Of a stretch of 64,000 bases of DNA, positions 14,271-27,784 are shown in pieces. Both the position numbers and the translations under genes were made by a program. The DNA is from Eledone cirrhosa (Eukaryota): positions 98,394,001 to 98,458,000 of the forward strand of contig OZ024740.1 in NCBI GenBank assembly GCA_964016885.1. The letters run 5' to 3'. The notes beneath the pieces are model-generated. The model was not told the origin of the DNA. It ran no database searches and worked only from the letters and a program-made list of their open reading frames with translations. Numbering within the stretch: the stretch's first letter is position 1; each line of letters begins with the position of its first letter.

Positions 14271-14888
14271 TTTGGCAATATACCGTATGTTTAATTAAAA
14301 ACATTTTGAAGACCATACGCTATCGGTTTTAAAGTAGTGAGTATGTCACTTACTTCTTTTCGGCGAAAGAAGGGAGAGAAGCTAACAGTCTGTTTCACGC
14401 TGTTTGGCAATCATTAGATCCACACACTCCCTGCTTCCGCCGAAAATGATAGAAGCTGGGTTCTTATATTCTTATAGAATTCCAGTAATAATCAGGAGCT
14501 GATTATACAGAGCGATTCCCGGTCCAGCAACAATTTGGTATTAGGTTTGGTGTGTATAGTATATTTGACAATATACCGTATGTTTATTTAAAAACATTTT
14601 GAAGACCATACACTTTCGGTTTTAAAGTAGTGACTAGGTCACTTACTTCTTTTCTGTGAAAGAAGGGTGGAAGCAGGGAGTGCGTGGCTCTGATGATGGC
14701 CCAAACAGCGTGAAACAGACTGTAGGCTTCTCTCCCTTCTTTCGCCAAAAAGAAGTAAGTGACATAGTCACTACTTAAAAACCGATAGCGTATGGTCTTC
14801 AAAATGTTTTTAATGAAACATACGGTATATTGCCAAATATATTATACATACATTCATGTATACATCGCTATTTCAGAGCACCAATCCT
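14271..14888. mobile_element. Composite pLTR-like element: reverse copy (14271-14438), partial tandem reverse copy (14551-14666), forward copy (14668-14857)
   Basis: Direct and inverted sequence identity read by eye; flanked by (TA)n on both sides; HHR-like GGCT-CTGATGA...GAAACAGACTGTA^GGCT at 14686-14728. Confidence 0.85.
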
Positions 14889-15048
14889 AATATATATATA
14901 TATAAGTTGGAGGGGCTAGCATAAGTTTCACTGCTAGTACCAGTTGCATCTCAGCATACTCAATAGGTAAGTTTATGTAAAAATCCCTGAGTAGATACAA
15001 AGTTATTCGCTTCAATACAACACACGTAAATGGGTACGATAAATTTAT

Positions 15049-15161
15049 ACCCAGGCTTGAGTTTCGACCACACTTCATGCAGCAAGAGAGCGTGCAGCAT
15101 CCCCTGTCTGCATTTATTATGCAACAAGGCACAATCGGCGCATGTGTCTTCATCAGCGGAT
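15049..15161 (-). ncRNA. Degenerate type I hammerhead motif within an insert (14903-15709) bounded by TA tracts
   Basis: Minus strand: ATCCG-CTGATGA-A-GACACAT...GTGTGGTC-GAAAC-TCAA-GCC^TGGGT; U16.1 is replaced by C, so probably inactive. Confidence 0.55.
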
Positions 15162-15705
15162 TTTACCTAATCAATAACAAATCAATTGACAGAATTCGAT
15201 TCCAGTCCACATCGGCTATGGCAGTGAATTTGACAGGCAACACAGTAGTACATTAGTAACTGAAATCCCTATGCATCATCACAATGCCGTCAACTGATTG
15301 GCTACTGTTTCAGAAATTTATGTGATGGTGGGAGTCAAAATTCAAATTCTTCTGCCCCAGCCATAAGCAGTCACCAACATATTTCAAATCAAACACATAT
15401 TAACAAGTGAGTGAATATCTCAGGTTATTAGAGAAAATCAGTCTCCAATCACTGTACAATAGAATGGCAGCATTCGGCTCCAGTCCCCAAGTACCACGGC
15501 AAAAATCAGTGCGACAGTAACAATGGTAGTGCCTAAAGCCTTTCTGGACATTAAATGCCAACAAGCGATTAGACACCAATATAGAATTAGCGCCCTGGTT
15601 AGAATTTGAATTTGAGATATTTCAACTAACCACGTGTGTAAACCGATCAATTTCACATATTTTATGAATCTATAAGTGAGAGAGAAAAATAGAACAGGTA
15701 TTAGC

Positions 15706-15766
<61 letters not shown>

Positions 15767-16510
15767 ATGGATCAAAATAAAGATGTCTATAACAAAAAAA
15801 TTTCGATAAATCTTGACTACAAAATTTTCTGTAAAGATGCATGAATCCTCAATTTTCCTTTACCTTCCCCTTTTTGTCATTCCTGTCATCACTTTATTTC
15901 ATTGAGCATTCATTTCAATAAATAATTTTCATCCATATTTTCTTTGTTCATTATCATATACACACTAAATTACAGTGTTTTTGTTCTACCTATGTATCTA
16001 TTTTAAAACAGCTATCATGATCTGCTTTGTTGTTGTAATTAATGTTTTTGTCCAAATAAATTGACATTCATGTAGAATGATGGATAAAGGTGTAAGTAGA
16101 TAGATAGATCGGCAGTTATGTAATTAGGAAGATAGTTTGATAGACAGTCATATAGGTGAAGAGCTGGATAATATGCTAAGTGAATTATAAATAGATAGAT
16201 AGATAGTTACTTGTTGTTTTGTTTTAGTCAAGAGATACATAGATACATAGTTAGATATCTATAGATGCTTCATCACTGACCATTTCATCAACACTGTAGG
16301 AGAGAGGATGATATGGAGTAAGACATCAAATTACAGTTACTAAACAAATCTAGCACTAAGTGGTTGTCATGTGTCAGTTGTGTTTTATAATAAAGATATT
16401 TCTACCACCATGCTCATCATTTTATGTTACTTTTTCTATACTTGTATGAGATTGAGTTCTCATTTTCCTTTATCATCCCACCCTTGCAATCAGGGAAAAG
16501 TGGACGTAAA

Positions 16511-16548
<38 letters not shown>

Positions 16549-16952
16549 CCCCACTGTGAGGTTCACCGTTTCAAGATTAACTCTCACTAATTCTGCTCAA
16601 GACTTCCTTAATCTTATTTGACCTTCTTCTATTGAAGCGTCCTTCTACTGAGAACCCCAGTCACTTCTTTACTCAATGATCACCATCCATATTCATCATA
16701 TGTCCATACCAGCACAGTCCTCTGTTTGGTGCACTAGGTTTAATTATTTTTAACCAGTGTTTCTTCTAAGCTTAATCATCTTTCACCATCCATGCACATT
16801 AACATCACACTAATATTGAAGCATACTTGCTTTATTTCAGCTCAAACTTTCTATATCATCAGCATTATCACTCCATATTTATTCGTATTTGGAAAGAGAA
16901 ATCTTTTGTTGTCAACTTTGAACACGTATTATTATTGAAGGTGTATTATTGA

Positions 16953-17053
16953 AGGTTAACTTTGCCTTTCATCCTTATGGGGTCGATAAAATAAAGTACC
17001 AATAATGTACTGGGTAATTGCTGGCCTTGTGCCAAAAGTAGAAACAATTATTA
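16953..17053 (+). mobile_element. 5'-truncated SINE family A
   Basis: 3' half of the SINE; target duplication attattattgaaggtgta on both sides. Confidence 0.85.
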
Positions 17054-17218
17054 TTGAAGGTGTATAAACTTGAATCGTTAGAGACGATGACATTCAACTG
17101 AAATGAAATTTGTCAGTCACTGTGAAACTGCCCTCTCCTCCCCCCTCTCTCTCTCTCAAATATATATATATATATTTACATTATTATATAGTCATTTTAT
17201 TTATAGTCATTTCTATAT

Positions 17219-17398
17219 ATAAAGATGCCTATACTCTACCAACGTATTGAGTACGTTTTTTAACAGTGGTTACCCCCCCACATCACCTGGGAACCTACAT
17301 ATTATATATAAATAATATGTAAGTTCCTGAGGGATATCTGAAGTAACCACAGTTAAAAAAAGGAACTCAATGCATTGGTAGAGTAGAGGCATTTTTAT
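17219..17398. repeat. Decayed fold-back palindrome in TA-rich context
   Basis: aaagatgcctatactctaccaacgtattgagt...ttaacagtggttac is the reverse complement of gtaaccacagttaa...actcaatgcattggtagagtagaggcattttt. Confidence 0.7.
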
Positions 17399-17448
17399 TA
17401 TTTCATACGGATAAAACAGTTCTAAACCTTGAGAAGGCATTTCTTTAT

Positions 17449-17615
17449 ATAATTGTTTCTACGTTTTAGCACAAGGCCAGCAATTACCCAGTGCATTACT
17501 GGTACTTTATTGTATCGACCCCGTAAGGATGAAAGGCAAAGTTAACCTCGGCGGGATTTGAACTCAGAATGGCTAGGGCCGTAACTCTATACGTCAAACC
17601 ATGGCGTCCGACCCT
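17449..17615 (-). mobile_element. SINE family A (slightly 5'-truncated)
   Basis: Reverse complement of the family consensus. Confidence 0.85.
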
Positions 17616-17712
17616 TATATAATAACTATATTTATACACACGCAGACACACACACATATGTCTATAAATATACATATACAAATATATATACATACATACA
17701 AACACACACACA

Positions 17713-17748
<36 letters not shown>

Positions 17749-17757
17749 TATATATAT

Positions 17758-18323
17758 AGTGGTAGAACACTGGAAGGTAATATCCGTAGTGGTGGAGCAC
17801 TCAGTCCATGGGACGAGTTAGGTAGAAGTAGTTACACAGCACTTAGTTCACCATGCCGAGAACAATTGTTTCCCCTTAGCGGATCCTCAGCTCGTAATGG
17901 ACATGGTTAAACCGAACGGGAAGGACAACCATACGAACGCGCATGCGCAGACACGCTCACTTCACTCAGGCAATACTAAATTGTGTGCGAGAGGTGTAAG
18001 GGAGATAACTGTGAAAGTCCGAAAGTTTCTAGTTGATAAGTAAATTAGGATGTTGTAGTAATTCAATCCGGAGCTTTGTAGTTATGTAAGAGGTGTTTCC
18101 AGACGTGTGGACAACGTGCGAAGAATTCATATCTTGAGCCTAGGTAATCGCTATTGCGTAATCTCTTTAGAATATTTATTGGTTCATCAATACACAGTTC
18201 ACACGACAGATTGCCCCTTGCGTATGGATTGGACTTAGTGATGGCTTTCCATTGAATGGAATAGTCTATACTTGAGTCCTTGAGGGACCATACGTGGATC
18301 GCGAGTTTCGTGGATGAAAAACG
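17758..18323 (-). mobile_element. 5'-truncated Penelope-like element (GIY-YIG C-terminus + pLTR)
   Basis: Minus-strand translation STKLAIHVWSLK..IQWK..Y..CELCIDE..L..RYEFFARCPH..KHLLHN parallels the C-terminus of the PLE at 10735-11000. Confidence 0.8.
17851..17900 (-). ncRNA. Compact type I hammerhead ribozyme
   Basis: Minus strand: CCAT-TA-CGAG-CTGAGGA-TCC(GCTAA)GGG-GAAAC-AATT-GTT^CTCG-GC-ATGG; intact core, palindromic stem III, GUU triplet. Confidence 0.8.
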
Positions 18324-20449
18324 GTGATGACGATGATATATATATATATATATATATATATCATTGTCATCATCACCGTTTTACTTCCTTATTTTCCACG
18401 CTATATTAATATATATATATATTATATATATATATCATATATATATGCACATCATCAAAATCCCCATTTAACATCTGTGTTCCTTGCTAGCAATAGCTTG
18501 ACATCTCATCACAGTCAGTAATAATCAACCAGAGCATCTTGCTTCCAGGTGGGCCTGAGGCCCAATACATGACCATCTCCTCTACCAAGTGCATTTTGTC
18601 ATTTCACCAACACTAGAGAATTTGTCATATTTTAAACATAACTGTAGACCCCACTCAAACTTATTTTGGCCAATTTTCTGGATGACACTCCTACCACCAA
18701 CCACTTTACAAACTGTAGTGGGTGCATTTATCATGTAGCTCATCAACACTAGGGTTTTGATGATGGGTATCTGACACAACTAACGAGACCTGTGTCCAAG
18801 TTTTCAACGTTTATACAGTGGGTCACACTTTCTATTGTCAACCACCTTGTAGGTTGCACATGGCCCATATGTTGTGGTACTAACACAAGAAATGTTGTCA
18901 TCATTCACTCAACTAAAGTACACTCTCTTGCCTCTAGTCAGGTATGTCATACATGGGTGCCAAGTGTGGAGGGATTTGACAGGGTGATGGGCAATGTGTT
19001 GTGGACCTTCAGCAACGTGGGAGATTATGTGGTGATAACAACTACCAGGGGTTTATGACTGCTGTGGTGGGTGGTGACCCTGGATAAAGTATAGGGGTTA
19101 GAATTTAGGTCGTGATAGAGGTGACCCTGGAGAGACTAGGCGTTGTATATACAGTATGACGGAGAATAGCTAATACAGAAGTCAGGGGATGTTCAGGGTC
19201 TCTGCACACTGAATTCAAGTCCTGATGATATTAGCTTTACATTTCTTCCTTTTGAGGTCTGTAAATAAAGTAGATATCCAGGGCACTTTGTTGGCTGAAT
19301 GGTTTCAGCATGAGACAGGATGTTATGTAGTATGTGGTGTAGGTCTTTGCAATCTCAGTTGAAATCCTGTCTCCAGTCACTGGATTAATGGTGACAAAAT
19401 AGAAACAGGGTCCCTACCAATAAAACACCACACCTGTGTAAGTGTGAGTCATAAATTCATCAACATATTTGAACTGAGATTAGGGGTATATTGCCATTGA
19501 AATATATTGGCTATGGATTCAATTATTTTTGAAATAAATGAAAACATTTAAGCAATTTAATGACTGAGCCATTATCAAACTGCTGATTAGAACAAATTAG
19601 GTTTTACATAAAATCGTAAAAGAATGTTTTGATTTAAATATGCAGTCTTTAGAATGAAATATTTCATATCGTCGAACCAATGGCAGTTTCTGATGGTTCG
19701 GTATCAAGTGGTTAATGTTAATGTTTTATAGCCCATAACTGTCACTGTAGTGATGGAATTTAAAGAATCAGTATTAAACCTCTAATCTAATAATTAAGCA
19801 AGCTAGAAGTAGAGTCAGTATAAAATAATTGCTAGAAAATTTAAAATGCTGGGGTTTTGCTTTTCATTATTTTATTAGATTGTGACAAACAGTAATGTCT
19901 TATTGGGGGTTTAGCAAAATCAATTAAATTCTCATCAAATAAGAAAGAAACCATTAATATGACATGAGACAAAAAGATGTTCTAAATACTATTGCCTCAT
20001 TAAATAATTATATGTCATTAGTGAAGAATATATGATAAAATTCAATAGGCAGGGGCTTTAGTGCATTGGATAGAAGGTATTATAATATTTGTTCTACTTC
20101 TGAGTGTTCCAGCAAAGGCAGATTTCTTTCATCCATTTAGACTTAATAACTAAAGAAATATTCCAGGGTGGAAGAATTGTTAGGGAGTAGAATGAAATGC
20201 CTTGTGGTATCTGTTCTGAATTTTTCTATTCTGAGATTAGTATTTGTCTTCTGTTATTATTCTCACAGTAGGAAAATGTTTGCTTTTGGGACTAGTGAAA
20301 AGTGTTGAATGTTAGATGAAACAACATAATAATCATAGAAGCAACTCAGTTATATCAATATGTAGGAATCCAAATCATATCCTAAAAGAAGGATAAGGGA
20401 TAGGCCAGAAAAATTGCTACTGCTTGTCAATTACTCTCTATGAAAGAAA

Positions 20450-21340
20450 GGATGGCTGCATGGATGCTTCAAAGAACAATGAAACATGGTTGAAAGAGAA
20501 ATCAGATGCAGTGTGCAAGAGCGAAGACTTCATAAATATATGATTTGTATTGATGGTGACTGTTGGTTGAAGAAATGCCAACAGATTCCAAAGGAAGAAA
20601 TTTGCAGTAGAGCGAAACCTGGGCAGATGTAATGAGAGCTGATCTCGAAATTCTGAACCTCATAATTGTGAGGACAAAAGAATGCATTAAATGTAAAAAA
20701 AGGTTGTGCTCGAAAAGACACATCCCACGTTTGTTGCATGGAAAAGTATAGTTACAAGGATGATAATGACAATCACATGCATAATTTGCATTGTGTGCAC
20801 CATATGGAATTTTTGCCTACCCCTTTCTGACATATTGAACAAGGCCACTTCTCTCGTGGTCACTTTCCCGTCTTCTTTTGTACTTATTAAAATGTTCATC
20901 TTTGCTAAATTTACTTTTAGGCCCCTCAGTATAGAGTCGTTTTCCATGCTTGAAATTTTGCTTCTAAATCTGCTACAGATTCAGCTATGAGGACTTGGTC
21001 GTCAGCATATAGGAGCTCTGATGGGGTGCCAGTTTTAAACTCCTCAGTGATGGCCTGAAGCATAATGATAAACAGGAGTGGACTGAGGATTGATCACTGG
21101 TAGATCCCCATCTGCACTTCAAATTCATCACATTAATCATTGTCAACTTTCACTCTGCTGGTTACTCCACCCATGTCTTTTTCTTTTTTGTGTCAGACAG
21201 GGCAAATTCTACACTGTCATTTCAAACACATTTTCTCCTATGACATCCCAATTTTCCTGAGCATACTGTTTCACAATCCTGAACACTTCACACCTCTGAA
21301 CTTCATGGTACACAACTTGTGCAAATTTCTTCTTTTCTGA
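20450..21340. mobile_element. Two decayed RTE fragments in opposite orientation (3' end on + to ~20770; RT on - from ~20775)
   Basis: GLKVNLAKMNILIS and ELLYADD-like sequence on minus; GRPRKTW-like sequence and gat tail on plus. Confidence 0.65.
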
Positions 21341-21649
21341 TTCTCCCCTCTATAGGTATACTTGGCATCTAGTATCCTTTCTTGCTATCTGGTATTGCTT
21401 TCTGACATCTCCATTCTTCCGTTTTCTCTAATCTTGTCTTTTTGTTTTAATGGATCTTGAAAATGTGTGCATGCGTGCAAACACATATATAAGCTTACCA
21501 ATATAGGGAGTCAAAAATGGTGAGTGGTTAGGTAAGAATGTAGACCTATGTGTATGTGTAAATTCAAATGCCCACCCGGTAGTACACACACAGGTAGTGG
21601 GGGATCATAAGATCATCAGAAAAAGTAGTGGTACATATATATATACATC

Positions 21650-21980
21650 ATTACGTGTTGAGAAAGAAACTGGGTATAAGAGGGATATGTTGTTTTGCAA
21701 GAGAGAAGACTGACATGGTATGGACATGTGATGCGCATGGAGGATGACCGCTGGGTAAAGAAGTGCCAAGAAATCCCAGTAGAAGGATGATGCAGTAGAG
21801 GAAGACCACGAAAAACATGGGCAGAGGTGGTGAGAGCAGACCTCAGATCGCTGAAATTCATGGAGATGACGAAGGACCGTGACAAGTGGAGAGATGCTGT
21901 GCTGAATAGGACCTGTCCTACCCTTGCAAGCAGGGAAAAGCGGACGTAAATGAGGATGATGATGTTGATGATGATGACGT
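21650..21980 (+). mobile_element. RTE LINE 3' end
   Basis: LQERRLTWYGHVMRMEDDRWVKKC..RGRPRKTW..; tail acccttgcaagcagggaaaagcggacgtaaatgaggatgatgatg. Confidence 0.85.
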
Positions 21981-24148
21981 TCACTGTCTTGGGTATGGCC
22001 ATAAGAGATACTTCAAGGCATCATCTACGATGCTATGGCTGAACACAAATGTGAGAAATTGCTGTGTCCTTGGATGTGGGAAGAGCCAGGATGTGGTATT
22101 GTAAGGGGGCTTATCAGAATAAATGTCGGGATGCATTTTCATATGTATGTCCTAGTTCCAACATTAGACATCACATGAATATAGTAGCCCATTCAGATGG
22201 TATAAGCCCACAGGCACACTTAATTTACACCATCAAGTATTGGGTTTTGGCAGTGTTTAATGCATAAGTAAATGCATACATGCATACACATACTCATTTA
22301 TTCATTTAAATACACATTGGGTGTGAAAGAAGGACCAATGGACAGGCGATGTTGTAGGTGAGGTGTGGGAAGAACTATTGACATCAGAAGAACTAGCTAG
22401 GGCAACCAGAGTGAAGCTTAGTAACTGAGATTGGTGAAGCAGGTTGTTTGGGCAAATTTTGGTCATGTGACATAGAAGAATGCTGGGTACTTTAAGTGGC
22501 ACTAGAAATGTTCAATATTGGCATGGGTTTGGAACTTGTCACAGGTAAATATTATGGATATGAAGTGTAAACATTTAGTTAGAAGAGAGTACTCACTTTC
22601 AGTGAAAGTATGCCCAGATGTAGGGTAACACAATTTAAGGAAGTGAGAGTTGTGGAGGTAAATGTGGTGGATAACAATGAGAAGGGAGTGCTTAGCTTCA
22701 GAAAGGAATAGGTCCAGAGGTAGAGTAACAACAGTATGAAGGGGTGATGGAGTGAGAGTAATGTTGGTAAGGTAGGTTTATGGTGGTTAGATGTGGGATG
22801 TGTGGGGTCAATGGTGATGACAGAAGTAGGAGTGTGTGTGATTGGAGAGGAACTCGTAATGAAGTGGGTAGTTGGGTTAAGGCTTGAGGCAAACTGGGTG
22901 GGTGTGGTGATGACAGAGAGGGAGATGAGTGAATCAAGTTTGTGTTCCTTCATGGAAGTGAGGAAATTGAAGAGGAGATGGTTGAGGTGGAGGATAACAT
23001 GGATGATGGATTGAACAAAGAAGGGATGTCAAATGGAAGCAAGAAGAATGGTAAGTTTTGGAGATATCATGGTTGAGAGAATGGATCATAGAAAGAGGGG
23101 AGTAGAGGGTTACATTCATGAAATGGTAAAAGGTGCCAGTAGGAATGGGTGTGATGGTTTTTCAGAGATGGGGTAAGAGGCTGGGTGGAAGTGAAGGTGG
23201 AAACCTTGAGGAATGCGGTGGTGGATGTAATGGATTAGAAAGGTGATGTGGCTCTAGTAGCGTGTTTTTTGTGAAGAGGAAGTAGGGGAGTTGCAAGGAC
23301 GATTGGATGCAAACATGGGGAAGTAGATGGATGAAACATTTGAGTGTGATATGGAATGGCAGAAAAAAGTTTGAAATTTGGGCACGATGGAGAGGTGCGA
23401 CTAAGGAGAGGGTGTGGAAATGAAAGGAGGAGGCTAGGAGTGGAAGTGAGAAAGGGGCATGAGGTGGTGAAAAGAAAAAAAGAGATAAAGAATGATGAAG
23501 AGTGAAGCAAAGAGAGGAATATAGAAGAGAATGTAATAGTATGACAAGAGAAAAGTATAAGGAGATTGAGAGTGAGTCATGGGATATTTAGTGTAATGTA
23601 ATAAGAAGCGAAAAAAGTTCTCTAATCCAAAGAAATATCCAAATAGAATCTCATGCAGAGTACATGTAAAATCTAGTTTCAAGATGAAAATCTAATGTAA
23701 GAATCCTATAAATCTTTTGCACACAACATTTGATTTTTTTTATACCTAGTTTTTCTCTCAGTACGGCCATACTTTTCCATTCATGCATATTAACATCACA
23801 TATCCATTGCAGCATGCTCACTTCATTTATTTTCTGCCTCTGCATATCCTCTGCCTTTACAGCACATGTTTCATTTTCATGCAACATCACACTTCTCACA
23901 CAGTCATTATAGAGCTAGCCTTTTGTTCATAAAGATAAATTCTTTGTTGTTTATAGTGGAGGTAGTTTGCTCAACGTTTTGCAAACTTTACTAATTATAG
24001 CTACTATATTTTCATAGTAACATCGTATATATATATATACAAATATATATATATATATGTATGTATATGTGTGTGTGTATCTATATTTATATCTATATAT
24101 CTATATACATCTATATACATATACATGTACATATATATACGTACATAC

Positions 24149-24180
<32 letters not shown>

Positions 24181-24572
24181 CATCATCATCATCATCATCG
24201 TTTAACGTCCATGTTCCACGCTTGCATGGCTTTGGAAGGGAGTTTTCCCACTTGAGGCAAGAGTGGTTGTCTTGCTCACATAGGTCTGTCTGGCGGGATT
24301 TCTACAGCTGGATGCTTTTCCTAACACCAACCACATTTACAGTGTGGGACTGAGTGGTTTTTACCGTGTTGCCTACACGGCCACATTACAGCATGGACTG
24401 TGTGTTTTTTTTTTGTCGTGACACCTACACGATCTCATTTGTTTCGGCCTGGATATTGTGGCCCCAACATAACTTTACATTGAAAGGGGCGGTGGGGATG
24501 AGGTGGGGGTGGTGGGACGGGAGTGTATTTTGTTAGAGATGCCTACTGACTGTAGTAGGTTTTACTTTGTAT

Positions 24573-25925
24573 TTAGGTAAGGCGGGTCTTCTCTATTACT
24601 GAGTGCCGCCAAAGATCTCGGTCCAGTGACATTGCCTGGGAGAGGTGTAAGTGTGTGAGGTCGGAGTTTATCAGGTTGACCCAGGTTTTTCTGGGTCTGC
24701 CTACTCCGTGGCTACCGTTTATCTTTATTGCCCTGCACTTTTTTATACAGCTGTCGTCTTTCATGCGCATCACGTGACCATACCAACATAGCCTTCTCTC
24801 GAGTAAACAACATCTGATCCCTCTTATTTCTAATTTTTCCCTTAGTTCGTTTATGCTTTGCCATTCGCATATATAACTATTACACATCCAGCGGAGTATG
24901 CAAGCTTCCTTCCTCTCTAGTCTGCGTATATCCTCTGCACACCATACAGCCTGCCTTTCATTTTTAGGGAGAACCCTTTAGCGGCTAATAGTGGTATAAA
25001 CTCTCTGAACTTTTTCCATCCAGTTCTGACTCTAGCTACTGTACTTTCAGAGCACCCTCCCCCACTGCTGATTTTGTCACCCAGGTAACGGAAGCTGTCC
25101 ACTATTTCTATAGAACCCTCTGCGCAATTGAAAGAGCTAGTATTTTGTGGGCACTTGCTGCTACTTATTGCACCAGAGCACCAGCCACATGTAAAATCTA
25201 TGTTCTTAGTTAGCTTACCTATGATCCCACTACATCTTTTATGCACCCATACTTTGCATTTGGGACATAAAATGGAGTTTCTACCTACGCCTTTCCTACA
25301 CACTGAGCATAGCCATTTCCCGGAAGGGACCGGCGCCTTATTTTCTTTCCTACAAACTAGAACTTTAGTCTTAGCCAGGTCAATTTTAAGGCCTTTTGAT
25401 TCTAGGCCGTGCTTCCATGTTTGGAATTTCTTCCCTAGCTCGGCCATTGATTCAGCTATGAGCGTTAGATCATCTGCGTATAGGAGTTCCCATGGGCAGC
25501 CGGTCTTGAACTCCACTGTTATAGCCTGAAGGGCAATAATAAATAGTAGGGGGCTAAGAACAGAGCCCCGATGAACACCAACTTTTACGCTAAACTCTTC
25601 ACTATATTCGTTGTTAATTCTAACCTTGCTGACTGTTTCTTTATACATTGTTTGTATAGCTCTCACAAGCCATTCATCAACACCTAGTTTTCTAAGAGCC
25701 CACCAGATAATGGAACGGGGGACTCTGTCGAAGGCATTCTCCAAGTCGACGAAAGCTAAGTATAAGGGTTTACTTTTAGCTAGGTACTTCTCCTGTAGTT
25801 GTCGTACAATGAAAAGAGCGTCTGTGGTACTTTTGCCTGACACAAACCCGAACTGCATTTCATCTAGATCGATTCTCTCTCTGATTAGTTGCGCTATTAC
25901 TTTCTCAGTGACCATCATGACCTGG

Positions 25926-25927
<2 letters not shown>
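24573..25927 (-). mobile_element. RTE LINE RT and C-terminus (5'-truncated at a TA tract), with a Cys-rich PHD-like insertion
   Basis: QFGF, STTDALF, FVDLENAFD, GVHRGSVLSPLLF, LLYADD, FRYLG, RRLCWYGHVMR, GRPRKTW; the N-terminal part of the 367-aa ORF is microsatellite and PLE-end sequence, not real. Confidence 0.92.
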
Positions 25928-25961
<34 letters not shown>

Positions 25962-25965
<4 letters not shown>

Positions 25966-26200
25966 GGAGGTGAGTTTTAGTGTAGTACAATAAACAATGC
26001 AGATATCGGATAAGAAGCACTCTACAGTTTGTAGGACTGGAGTATACATAATATATAAGATCAAAAGATGGTTAAATGAGTTCCATGTATTTTATTATGC
26101 GCAATTCAAAAACAAATATCATCATGCAATAACATTTGTGTTTTCATCAGATAAAATAGGAGGACATGATTTGAAGGTTAAAAAACACTTGTGGATAGTG
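25962..26200 (-). mobile_element. PLE pLTR/tail, same family as 8636-8962 and 9811, with a degenerate HHR (GAAA to GAAT)
   Basis: tgtaggaggtgagtttta.tgtag.acaataaa..gcagatatcggataag matches the reverse complement of 8880-8962; tcatcagataaaata at 26144-26158. Confidence 0.8.
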
Positions 26201-27198
26201 CAGTTTTAAATGAACATATGAAAAGTAGTTTTAGATTGATGTGTGATATTTTTAATGTACGTCTTTGTTTAACTCAACAAGATGTTTCCATAGTTATGCA
26301 GTGAGTTCGCGGTAATTCCTATGTAGGTTATACTTGGAGTAATAATAGTATTCTGATGTGTTGGTCAGAGGTAAATAATGTAATGGAGATCGAGTGGTGC
26401 AACTTCAAGCGATTAGCGACCTCTAGACTCACCTGATCAATGAAACAATTGTCAATACCCGAAATAAAGCCCCTTGTTGTACAGCCAACCCTGTATATAT
26501 GTATGTATTTATATATACATATATATTCACATATATACTACATGTAATAAAATAACAAATAATAAAATACCCAGTATAGATAGAGAAATTATAAAACAGA
26601 CACATCAATAAAAAAGAATAGCCATTACATTTTATCATATCATATTTTTAACATACACCACTGTATTCTGGTTCTTATTAACATAATGAGCTCTGTGATG
26701 AAGGAAATTACAAAATTATCTAGAATCAGATATCAAAGATTATTCTTAATATTTGCCAATAAATACTTACTGTCCAAAATTCTGATGTTGTTAACCATAT
26801 ATCTGAGTATGATAACCGTCACAAGTTAACGAGATATAAAATAAATATTTTATTGTATCACTCTGGTATAATTTCTTACTATTCACAACATGATTAGCAC
26901 ATGACCTGCTCCTAATAAAATACTAAAACCTTATCTTACAGAGAAATGTTTAAAAATTGTAAGAACTTTCTCAATCACGTTATTAAATCGCCAGACTATA
27001 TCAGTACTATACATAAAAGGTTAGTATTTACTTTAAAATAATGATTTATTTGGTTAACTATATATATATATCAGAATTGTTGTCGTACTATTCAGGCAAA
27101 CCCTGTGATAAATGACTTGAAAACTTTGAATAGAAAAGATTATTCTTTTGGGTATGTATATACATATATGTATATATATATATGTATATATATATATG

Positions 27199-27296
<98 letters not shown>

Positions 27297-27784
27297 TGTA
27301 TGTATGTTTGTATGAAATTGAAAGCAAGAAGAGAAATGATATAAATGGAATTATTACCTGAAAAATGATATCTGTATGTGTGAAAATAAGAAAGGTTGAA
27401 AGATAAAAATATTACTGTTTTGAAAAGAGAAACTTTGAAGCAGTAAAAACAATCCACAAAGGGCTAACAATGATATTGTACTATGCATGTAATACCATCT
27501 AGATATCTTGTATAACATAATGAAATTATTGAAAGAAATGGTAACTTTTCTATTGTTGTCATGTAAGATATTCAAGCAAATAGGCAGAGTCATTTGCGCA
27601 TGAGATAAAATTCCTTGTTTTATTTATTCCTGTTCTCTACATGTGATCAAATCCAGCTAAGGTCAGTATTGCATGTCCTCCCATCAGACTCAATAAAATA
27701 AAATATCAAACCATGACAATGTATAAGCATAACATAACTGTTAGAGCCGTATGCACAGTTTTTGTAATATTTGTTTTGATTCTG

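Noticed and set aside
22300-23650. Purine-rich tract with several 60-124 aa ORFs
   Set aside because: Low-complexity, strand-biased composition with no domain motifs; probably an old retroelement UTR
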